Source of the DNA: an archaeon
GTDB lineage: Archaea; B1Sed10-29; JAVZDC01
Reading direction: 5' to 3'
NCBI GenBank assembly: GCA_038874115.1
Contig: JAVZDC010000001.1
Location: 70,703 to 134,702, forward strand
DNA: 64,000 bases
Part shown: positions 39,775 to 47,790 of the stretch, one piece after another
Numbering within the stretch: the stretch's first letter is position 1
How the letters are laid out: each line of letters opens with the position of its first letter
Position numbers and translations under genes: made by a program
Notes under the pieces: model-generated
Databases searched by the model: none
What the model saw: only the letters and a program-made list of their open reading frames with translations
Told to the model about the DNA's origin: nothing

Positions 39775-39807
39775 ATTGAAAATAAAAAAGAGAAAAGGGT
39801 TTGGGTT
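39775..39807 (-). terminator. Probable T-rich terminator of the S-layer gene
   Basis: Minus strand reads CCCAAACCCTTTTCTCTTTTTTATTTTC after the stop. Confidence 0.5.
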
Positions 39808-42294
39808 TTAGCCTTTCAATAAGCCTATTAATTCGTCGACAGCTGCTGCAGTGTCTTCTGCTGACCAACCTGCTGCGATCAACTTGTTGTCAGATGTTGC
39901 GATCAAGTATTGGTCTCCTTGAGCTTTAATCGCTTGTGTTTCTTCATATTTCTGAGCAATGGAGTTTACGAAGTAACCTCCAATTACGATCTGGTATGGT
40001 TTGGTTGCTTGGCTGTCTAAGACAATCAAGCTCTCAGGAGTAATTGCTGCTTTTTGTTCGTAGTAGGTTCCAGATACTGTTGTTGGGTATTCAATCTTAA
40101 CAATCTCTATGTTTCCTTTCTTTTCCCCTTCTTTCAAAACTGTTTCTCCTGCAGCTCCTGTTGTCGTTGATGCAATTCTTACCAAGGCGTTATATGTCTT
40201 ACTAGGGACTGTAGCTATCACTTTGTTGGTTGTTGAGCCGTCCAACACTACTCCAGTTGGACTTATGTGGTATTTGTTTTGCTCATATACTTCTGGTCTT
40301 GCTTGGTCAATGTAAGAGCTAATGTTAGATATGTTGTAGAACCAGAAATTACTGATATTAGTGTATGGTACATTGTAGTAAACTTGCATACCTTGGTATG
40401 TACCTGTATCGTAACCTCCAGAAGTAGTGGTATCGTCATAAACGATTAGTATATTCTTGGAAGCTGCGTCTGTTATTTGGATAACAGGTCTGGTTACATA
40501 TTTGTTGGATTCGTTGCTTTCTCCAACATTTACTCCTCCGCCTAAACCAGTCATGTTTGCTTTTATCGAAGTTGGGAAGTAAATGGATTGTCCTATCTCT
40601 ACTGAATCAGGGTATATATCACAATTCGTACCATTTTTAATGGTTACTTTATAGTTTGTATTGTTTACGGTCACTGCGCAAGATAGTTGAGATCCGCTTG
40701 CACCATAGTAAGTCACAGTTGAGTCTTGTCCATTTGCTACTGCTGTTCCTTTAAGCTCCAAACCATTAACTCCGCCTAATTTGAATACTGGAGAGTACAT
40801 ATCTGTGCTTGGGGACTCTATTCCGGAGAAGTATAAAACCTTATCATTCACGATCGTGTATCTTGCAGTGGCATCCAAAGTTACATTTGCATCTGTACTG
40901 TTGGCCAGTTTGTAAGATGTGTTCGTTGTCGGGTCGAAAACATTTGTCAATCCGTCTTTATCAGTCCACTTTACTTGAATTAGTGAGTTTGGTGCTGTAC
41001 CAATTCCTGTAACTTCTATTGGAGTCGTGTAAACTGGATCAGAGTTTCCGAGACCTAGCAATTCGATATAGAACGTCGGGCTTCCACTACCGGATTTAGG
41101 CCCATAAATCTTAACATTCTGAGCCAATCCGTTCGTAACCGTACCGTCGAAATTTCCTCTTATGACTGGATCAGTGGAAGAAGGATCTCCGTATGAAAGC
41201 ACTATTTTATTCAAAGCATCGCCGGTGTTGCTAAAGTTTACTTGCGTTACTCTCCAGGTTGGATCGAATGGGAACTTATCTCCTTGCTTTATTTCTATTT
41301 TACCAGAACCAACTCTTAAAACAGCCATACTCCCTTGTGCTGAACCATAAATAATCTTTTCAACAAATACAGAGAGAGTTGCATTTCCACTGAAAAAGTC
41401 GTAGCTGCTTCCTTCATCCAATGATTGAACGTAACTTTGTGTTCCTCTTTCAACTCTTACAGTCACTGTATATTTCGTTCCTTGTTGCGTTGATGTGGCT
41501 CCGATCGCAACTATTGTTAGTTTTGCGTCTCCAATGTTGTATGTCTCTCCTTCCTTGTATGTATCTTTTGTTCCAGAATATAAGACAACTTTGTTATTGG
41601 CTAATTCCTTTGTATCTAAAGCATATTTGTATCCCAGCATCGTTATTTCTGGAATTTCTGAATAAACGCTACTGTTTGTTGGAAGTCCTTGACCTCCGGC
41701 AGTAAAGTCTATCGTATAGTTAATTGCATCTCCTGTTTTAGCAAGGTATAATCCATGCCCAGAAGGAGTTGGCCCTGCCTCGTCGTATTTCACTTTATCT
41801 AAATTAACGTCAAGTTTCTCCTGAATTCTAAACGTTTGCTGAGCTCCGTTAATCACCAGAGTCAATGGTGTTTCAGTAAAGACATCCGGCATTACTTGTG
41901 GTGTTATTGTAAAGCTAGTTCCATTAGTTTCATAACTACTTTTACTTGTATTTGCAGTTAATTCTTTCGTAAATGCAGATCCAGAGATTTCAAATTGTGA
42001 AGTTCCAGCAACCTTTAAGGTTACTTTTGCTTCTCCAGACGGGGTGATCTCTGTTTGCTTGTAGTTTAAGCTTGCGAGAACTGCTGCGACTCTTGCTGCT
42101 TGAATTCCGTCTGCTAATTGTGCGTTTGATCCTACAACGACTTGAGTGTCTTTTATATTCTCTTTTATTGCTGAAACTAAGCTAGGTACGTTACCTACTG
42201 TCTGGACTGCGGAGAAACCTGTGGCCAAAACTGTTCCTATCATTGCTGCTCCAGTAACCACAGCTCCTATTTTTCCTATATTCACACTTTTCAT
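39808..42294 (-). CDS. S-layer protein (Methanococcales/Thermococcales-type N- and C-terminal domains)
   Basis: KIGAVVTGAAMIG signal, VVVGSNAQLAD, IVIGGYFVN, AAGWSAEDT; strong SD GGAGG; higher GC. Confidence 0.85.
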   Translation of the reverse strand: MKSVNIGKIGAVVTGAAMIGTVLATGFSAVQTVGNVPSLVSAIKENIKDTQVVVGSNAQLADGIQAARVAAVLASLNYKQTEITPSGEAKVTLKVAGTSQFEISGSAFTKELTANTSKSSYETNGTSFTITPQVMPDVFTETPLTLVINGAQQTFRIQEKLDVNLDKVKYDEAGPTPSGHGLYLAKTGDAINYTIDFTAGGQGLPTNSSVYSEIPEITMLGYKYALDTKELANNKVVLYSGTKDTYKEGETYNIGDAKLTIVAIGATSTQQGTKYTVTVRVERGTQSYVQSLDEGSSYDFFSGNATLSVFVEKIIYGSAQGSMAVLRVGSGKIEIKQGDKFPFDPTWRVTQVNFSNTGDALNKIVLSYGDPSSTDPVIRGNFDGTVTNGLAQNVKIYGPKSGSGSPTFYIELLGLGNSDPVYTTPIEVTGIGTAPNSLIQVKWTDKDGLTNVFDPTTNTSYKLANSTDANVTLDATARYTIVNDKVLYFSGIESPSTDMYSPVFKLGGVNGLELKGTAVANGQDSTVTYYGASGSQLSCAVTVNNTNYKVTIKNGTNCDIYPDSVEIGQSIYFPTSIKANMTGLGGGVNVGESNESNKYVTRPVIQITDAASKNILIVYDDTTTSGGYDTGTYQGMQVYYNVPYTNISNFWFYNISNISSYIDQARPEVYEQNKYHISPTGVVLDGSTTNKVIATVPSKTYNALVRIASTTTGAAGETVLKEGEKKGNIEIVKIEYPTTVSGTYYEQKAAITPESLIVLDSQATKPYQIVIGGYFVNSIAQKYEETQAIKAQGDQYLIATSDNKLIAAGWSAEDTAAAVDELIGLLKG

Positions 42295-42332
42295 TTCATC
42301 CCTCCGTTAATGCTTTTTTGGAGTATTTTTTT

Positions 42333-42350
42333 AGCAAGCCAAAGCTTGCT
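42333..42350 (-). promoter_or_regulatory. Stem-loop in the S-layer mRNA 5' leader
   Basis: AGCAAGC-TTTG-GCTTGCT, perfect 7-bp stem about 25 nt downstream of a TTTTTAAA TATA-like box. Confidence 0.55.
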
Positions 42351-42412
42351 TTATAATGAGCATTTAGTGATGGTTTAAAAATATTTCGGTTCAAAAACTA
42401 CATTTTGACGAA

Positions 42413-43018
42413 TTACATTTCGACATTTTCAGATTCTTCAGCTTGTAGTTTTTGCAAATATAAACTTGCTATTAAAGATATATAGTAGTTTACGGCTGAA
42501 CTAACATTCAATAAAATCGTTTGTGCGTCTCTTAAATTTACAGTAAAACTATCTGGCTCTAAAAACTCTATGGCTCCAGGACCATAATTTATAACAAAAT
42601 TAACCATGTCTTCAAACCTTTGCGTACCAAGAACAAAAGAAAAATATTGCGAATATATGCCATTATTCTCCATAATATCGCTTTTAAAGAAATTTTCATA
42701 AACATAAGGCTCTTTACGCAATCTTTTTTCAAAATCTTCAACAGCTTTTATTAAACTCTCTTTACTCTGTGATGCGTTTTCAATTATCATCATTGCTTTA
42801 AACTTAGGTTTACTCTGTAAACGATCTATAATCTCCCCAAGTAAAGCATACTTTTCAGCTTTCTTCTCGATCAAACCCTTTTTGATTAAACTTTTTAACC
42901 CTTCATTTATTTCTTGTACTTGGAGACCTGTAGAATAAACAAGCTCTTGAAGAGACTTTTCACCCGAAACCAATTGCTTGGCAATTTTAATTTCTAAATC
43001 CGTAAAAGGCATAACCAA
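42413..43018 (-). CDS. wHTH protein fused to an uncharacterised archaeal domain
   Basis: N-terminal helix-turn-helix (LKSLIKKGLIE); YGPGAIEFLEP. Confidence 0.6.
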   Translation of the reverse strand: MVMPFTDLEIKIAKQLVSGEKSLQELVYSTGLQVQEINEGLKSLIKKGLIEKKAEKYALLGEIIDRLQSKPKFKAMMIIENASQSKESLIKAVEDFEKRLRKEPYVYENFFKSDIMENNGIYSQYFSFVLGTQRFEDMVNFVINYGPGAIEFLEPDSFTVNLRDAQTILLNVSSAVNYYISLIASLYLQKLQAEESENVEM

Positions 43019-43057
43019 TCACAATATTTAAAAATAATCTTCCCTATTTATAATAGT

Positions 43058-43360
43058 ATGTTTGCTTTAGATGTTTTAAGCAATGGTTTGGAAAACGTTT
43101 CAATCCAAAATCCATTGGTAGGCAATGCAAACCTAATTTTTGGAGCAATAATATTCTTAATTGCAGCATTTATTTTAATATACATATTTAAACATTTAAT
43201 TGCAAATGCGATCGCAGGAATAATTGGAATTTTACTCATAAAGTTTCTATTTTTCCCACAAATCCCATTAAATGGATTAACGCTTTTAATCTCTGCTCTT
43301 GGTGGGCTCGGAGGAGTTGCCGCTGTACTTATAGCTGTTTTTCTTGGATGGATAACTTAA
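43058..43360 (+). CDS. Small membrane protein (BofA-like)
   Basis: NAIAG..., IPLN...GGLGG, three TM. Confidence 0.6.
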   Translation: MFALDVLSNGLENVSIQNPLVGNANLIFGAIIFLIAAFILIYIFKHLIANAIAGIIGILLIKFLFFPQIPLNGLTLLISALGGLGGVAAVLIAVFLGWIT

Positions 43361-43488
43361 CTTTGCTCGATCGGTCCAGGTTCCCAAGATACAAGATCCT
43401 CTGCAGGAATTAACTGGTCTGGAAACTTCTTTTTTCTTTTTTTCTTTTTCTGAGTTGGCTTTGGAATTTCAAATGAAATTTCATCCAT
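43357..43488 (-). CDS. 43-aa basic microprotein
   Basis: ATG 43488 overlaps the radical SAM stop; MDEISFEIPKPTQKKKKRKKKFPDQLIPAEDLVSWEPGPIEQS. Confidence 0.45.
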   Translation of the reverse strand: MDEISFEIPKPTQKKKKRKKKFPDQLIPAEDLVSWEPGPIEQS

Positions 43489-44521
43489 AATATCTACCAA
43501 AGATTGGAATATTTTGACCACAATAAATACATTTATTTTTTTCATCTAGATGCCAACCAACTATCGAAAAACCAAATCTTTCTATAACTTTTTTTCCACA
43601 ACTTGGGCAAAAAGTATTCTCAAACTCATGCCCAAGAACATTTCCAATGTATACATAATTCATTTTTTTACTCGCAATAGAATGCGCTCTTTCCAAATCT
43701 TCGATCGCAGTTGGAGAGACATCGAGCATTTTATATGCTGGATAAAACCTTGTGAAATGCCAAGGGATATCTGGGTTTATGCTTGAAAGATAATCTGTCA
43801 TGTCTGAAATCCATTTTTCATCTGTATTCTTACCTGGAATTAAAAGAGTAATCACTTCCAAATGAATCTTACCTGCACATTTTTCTATGTTTTCTAAAAC
43901 AGGCTCCAAGTGTGCACCACCAACTATTTTCCGATAAAAATTTTCATCCCCTTTAAGGTCGATTCTTATTCCATCCAAGAACTTAAGTAATTCTTTTCTA
44001 GAATCCTCGGAAAAATAACCATTTGAAACAAAAACATTGTATAAATTATGTTTTTTAGCTATCTTAGCCGTGTCTTCACAATATTCAAAGAAAATAGTAG
44101 GTTCTGTGTAAGTATAAGCAATCCCGTGACATCTTTCCATTAAAGCACTTTGAACTACTTTTTCTGGCGGCAAATCAAACTCCGGAACATCTCCTGGGAA
44201 TGCTTGAGAAATTTCCCAATTCTGACAATGTAAACAAGCAAAATTGCACCCAACAGTTGCTATAGAATAAGATAAAGAACCAGGATTAAAGTGAAAGAAA
44301 GGCTTTTTTTCTATTGGGTCAACCTCAAAAGAACATGGTTTTCCATAAGTTAAAGCATAAAGTTTTCCATCTATGTTTTTCCTAACCCTACAAAAACCAG
44401 TTTTTCCTTCTGGAATCGTACAAAACCTATGGCAAAGTAAACATCTTACTGTTTTGTTTGCCTTTTTTTCATAAAATCTTGCCTCATGTAGAACATCATT
44501 TGGAACCATGTTTTTAAACAC
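43481..44521 (-). CDS. amrS: AmmeMemoRadiSam-type radical SAM enzyme (PflA-like)
   Basis: CLLCHRFC, GFCRVR, DPIEKKP, GCNFACLHCQNWEISQ, YTYTEP, YVYIGN, C-terminal Zn finger. Confidence 0.88.
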   Translation of the reverse strand: MFKNMVPNDVLHEARFYEKKANKTVRCLLCHRFCTIPEGKTGFCRVRKNIDGKLYALTYGKPCSFEVDPIEKKPFFHFNPGSLSYSIATVGCNFACLHCQNWEISQAFPGDVPEFDLPPEKVVQSALMERCHGIAYTYTEPTIFFEYCEDTAKIAKKHNLYNVFVSNGYFSEDSRKELLKFLDGIRIDLKGDENFYRKIVGGAHLEPVLENIEKCAGKIHLEVITLLIPGKNTDEKWISDMTDYLSSINPDIPWHFTRFYPAYKMLDVSPTAIEDLERAHSIASKKMNYVYIGNVLGHEFENTFCPSCGKKVIERFGFSIVGWHLDEKNKCIYCGQNIPIFGRYYG

Positions 44522-44587
44522 GAAGAGTAAATATTTAAATACTTTGCGGATTTTTAAATAAATAAATGCTTTTAAAGGGGTGAAAAA

Positions 44588-44881
44588 ATGGCTGAAAAGA
44601 TAAATTTCACGATTGAGAACATAGTTGCGTTTGCAAACTTAGGGGTTGAGCTAGACCTTTATGCAATAGCAAAAGAAGTACATGGGAAAAATGTGCAAGA
44701 TGTTGAATATGAACCAGAGCAATTCCCTGGAGCTATATTAAAACTTAAAGAACCAAAAACCGCTTTATTGCTTTTCAAAACCGGAAAAATAATTTGTACA
44801 GGAGCTAAAAGTGAAAAAGAAATCGAATCTGCGATGAATCAAACATATGAGCTAATAAAACCATACATTAGGAAGAAATAA
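44588..44881 (+). CDS. TATA-binding protein homologue with a single TBP repeat
   Basis: IENIVA, LDL, YEPEQFPG, LLLFKTGKIICTGAKS; 97 aa; SD GGGGTGA. Confidence 0.9.
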   Translation: MAEKINFTIENIVAFANLGVELDLYAIAKEVHGKNVQDVEYEPEQFPGAILKLKEPKTALLLFKTGKIICTGAKSEKEIESAMNQTYELIKPYIRKK

Positions 44882-45698
44882 TTTTTCTTTTCTTTCTTTT
44901 TTTCTCAATCTTTAGATAATTTTCTAATTCTTCACCCAATTTTTCCAAATCCAAATCTCCAAAATCTTCTTCCACAATCTCTGGAAGCTCTACAGGAGGT
45001 TCTTCAAAAAGAGGTTTTTCTTCAACAGCGGGAACTTCTCCCATGGTTTCGTATCTTCTACGCCTGTACTCCTCTGATTTTCTCACAGGGGCAGGAGCTG
45101 CTTGTCTCTGTTTTTCTCTGAAAGCTTTCAAAACTTTCCCCACATTCTCAAGAAGTAAAAGAATCTCATAAATGCCAAGCATCTGATTTGGCTTTCCCTT
45201 CGATTTATTATATTCCAAATAAATCTCTTTTTTTAGTTTACCAAGAATTCCTGAATCTGGAAGCATGCGAAACTTTTTCACAACTTCTTTAACTAATTTT
45301 TGATAATCTGATGCTATCTCTTCATTAACTTCGATATTTTCCACGCATTCCAAAGAAAGGTCATATAGATCTTTTATCGGAATGTTTGTCTTTACATCTT
45401 TTGGGTTCTTAAACCCGCCTAAATAATAATCCTTTTCTGGAAAATATCCAAAAGCTCTAGACGTAACTCTGTGAACAACAAGTGCTTTTTTTGAATAATA
45501 AGTTGATTCATAATCTTGGCCTTCTTTTAAACATTCCTCGCTAAACTGAACAAACTTATCGAAAAGCGATCCTAAAGAATAAAAAACTAAAGTATAAAAA
45601 TCTGCATCGCCAAAAAATATCCGTGAAACCAATTTCTTTTCAAATAACGATATCTTTTCAACTATGTTTTCAACAGACCGGAATGGATCGAATACCAT
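44868..45698 (-). CDS. Hypothetical protein
   Basis: 276-aa ORF with an acidic/basic low-complexity C-terminus. Confidence 0.6.
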   Translation of the reverse strand: MVFDPFRSVENIVEKISLFEKKLVSRIFFGDADFYTLVFYSLGSLFDKFVQFSEECLKEGQDYESTYYSKKALVVHRVTSRAFGYFPEKDYYLGGFKNPKDVKTNIPIKDLYDLSLECVENIEVNEEIASDYQKLVKEVVKKFRMLPDSGILGKLKKEIYLEYNKSKGKPNQMLGIYEILLLLENVGKVLKAFREKQRQAAPAPVRKSEEYRRRRYETMGEVPAVEEKPLFEEPPVELPEIVEEDFGDLDLEKLGEELENYLKIEKKRKKRKIISS

Positions 45699-45740
45699 AC
45701 AAAAATAAATAATTCTTAAGTTAAAAAACTTTATGAGAAC

Positions 45741-47186
45741 ATGCCAGAATTTGTAGAACTTCCATTCATCAAAAAAAATACTTTAGAAAAAAGAAAATAT
45801 CAAATGAACATTCTCGAATCGATAAAAGGAAAAAATTCTTTAGTAATTTTGCCGACCGGCCTTGGAAAAACAGCTATTGCTGCTCTTGTAGCCTCGACTG
45901 TTCTTCCAAAAAAAGTTTTGGTTGTTGCCCCAACAAGACCTTTGTCAGTTCAACATTATGAATTCTTTAAAAAAGTTATGGACCTTCCTGAAGACCAAAT
46001 TTGTTTGCTCACTGGAAAAACCAACAAAAAAGAAAGAGCAAGGATTTGGGGAAATGCAAAAATAATTTGTGCTACTCCTCAAACTGTAATTAATGATTTT
46101 AATAAAAAAATAGCTGATTTTTCTGATTTCGAATTACTCGTTGTTGACGAATGCCACAGAGCCACAAAAAAATACGCTTATGTTCCGATAATAAAAAATT
46201 TTCCAGGTAAAGTTCTTGGTCTAACCGCTTCTCCTTCGTATTCTTTGGAAACGATAGTTAAAAACTTGGGTGCTGAAAAAATCGAAATTTATACTGAAGA
46301 TCATCCAGACGTAGCTCCTTACGTGTTTGCAAAAGAAATTGAAAAAATACAAGTTAATTTGCCTGAAAAATATAAAGAAATTTCTGAAAAAATTAAAGAG
46401 ATTATAAAGAGGATATGGGAAAAATTTGGAGAAATGAATGTAAAAATCTCCAAAAGAAGAAGAGATATTTTAGAATATCAAAAATGGGCTATTGAAAACA
46501 AATTTTACCCCGGGATAGTGCTTTCAAGTGCTTTAATAAAAGCATACTATTCTTTGGATATGCTTGAAAGTCAGGGCGTTGATGCTTTTCTAAGCTATAC
46601 TTCCAAACTTATAAACAATCAAAGCAAAAGTTCAAAATTCTTGGTAAAGCTTGGCTTAAAAAATGCTTATGAAATGGCAAAAGATATGGAAAAGCATCCA
46701 AAATATAAGGCTTTGCTAGAGATCTTGGAAAAGGAAAGGGGTAAACAGGGAATAATTTTTGCTCAGTATCGGGATACTGTGGAAAAAATTGTAGATTTTT
46801 TGTCTGGGCATGTTAGAGCTGTGAAATTTGTTGGTCAAGCTGGCGAGGATGGACTTTCTCAAAAAGAACAACAAGAGATAATCTCTGACTTTAAAGCAGG
46901 AAAACATGATGTTTTATGCGCAACTAGTGTAGCAGAGGAAGGATTAGACATCCCAAGTGTGGATTACGTTGTATTTTTTGAACCCGTTCCATCTGACATT
47001 AGAAAGATTCAAAGAGAAGGGAGGACTGGGAGGCACAAAATTGGAAAAATTTATGTTTTAATGGCTAAAAAAACAATAGACGAAGCCAATTTTTGGAGTT
47101 CTAGAGCGAAGTATAAAAAAATGCTTTCAAAAGTAAAAGAATTTAAAAAAGAGCCTATTGGTCTAGAAAAGTGGTTGAATGGTTAA
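45741..47186 (+). CDS. Hef/FANCM-like SF2 helicase (helicase half only)
   Basis: LPTGLGKT, PTRPL, ATPQ, DECH, LTASP, AEEGLDIP, IQREGRTGR. Confidence 0.92.
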   Translation: MPEFVELPFIKKNTLEKRKYQMNILESIKGKNSLVILPTGLGKTAIAALVASTVLPKKVLVVAPTRPLSVQHYEFFKKVMDLPEDQICLLTGKTNKKERARIWGNAKIICATPQTVINDFNKKIADFSDFELLVVDECHRATKKYAYVPIIKNFPGKVLGLTASPSYSLETIVKNLGAEKIEIYTEDHPDVAPYVFAKEIEKIQVNLPEKYKEISEKIKEIIKRIWEKFGEMNVKISKRRRDILEYQKWAIENKFYPGIVLSSALIKAYYSLDMLESQGVDAFLSYTSKLINNQSKSSKFLVKLGLKNAYEMAKDMEKHPKYKALLEILEKERGKQGIIFAQYRDTVEKIVDFLSGHVRAVKFVGQAGEDGLSQKEQQEIISDFKAGKHDVLCATSVAEEGLDIPSVDYVVFFEPVPSDIRKIQREGRTGRHKIGKIYVLMAKKTIDEANFWSSRAKYKKMLSKVKEFKKEPIGLEKWLNG

Positions 47187-47790
47187 AGTTATTGCTGATT
47201 TCAGAGAAGCCGAAGTATCTGAAATTTTAAAGAAATTTTGTGAGGTTGAAGTAAAGGCTCTCCCTGTTGGCGATTTCTTGGTTTCTGAAGCTTGCATAAT
47301 CGAGAGAAAATTTTTTCCAGATTTTGAGAAATCTATCGTGGATGGAAGGCTTTTCCAACAAGCAGCAAATTTAAAAGAATATGAAAAACCAATAATAGTT
47401 GTTGAAGGAGAAGTGGAATTTAGGTTGAATGAAAAAGCTACTTTTGGCGCTATCGCTTCTTTAATCTCGGATTTCAGAATACCAATATTATTCTTAAAAG
47501 ATTCTTATCAAACTGCTTTGTTTATTTTTTCTTTAGCTAAAAGAGAGCAAGAAGGGAAAGAAGTAAACGTTAGAATCCAAACTAGGAAAAAACCAAAAGA
47601 CATAAAATTACTTCAAAGAATGATTGTCGAAAGTCTTCCAAACGTTGGGCCTGCATCTGCAGAACAACTTTTAAAAACTTTCCACACTGTAGAAAATATC
47701 TTCACTGCTCCAGAACCTTATTTAGCCAAAGTTGTCGGGGCGAAAAAAGCGGAAAAAATAAGAGAAGTTTTAGAAAAATGGTACGATTAA
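47179..47790 (+). CDS. ERCC4/XPF nuclease (Hef nuclease half) with HhH
   Basis: ADFRE, LPVGDF, IERK, SIVDGRLF.Q, LPNVGP. Confidence 0.92.
   Translation: MVKVIADFREAEVSEILKKFCEVEVKALPVGDFLVSEACIIERKFFPDFEKSIVDGRLFQQAANLKEYEKPIIVVEGEVEFRLNEKATFGAIASLISDFRIPILFLKDSYQTALFIFSLAKREQEGKEVNVRIQTRKKPKDIKLLQRMIVESLPNVGPASAEQLLKTFHTVENIFTAPEPYLAKVVGAKKAEKIREVLEKWYD

Noticed and set aside
39808-42294. Higher GC of the S-layer and ftsZ genes as a sign of horizontal transfer
   Set aside because: Better explained by amino-acid composition and high-expression codon bias
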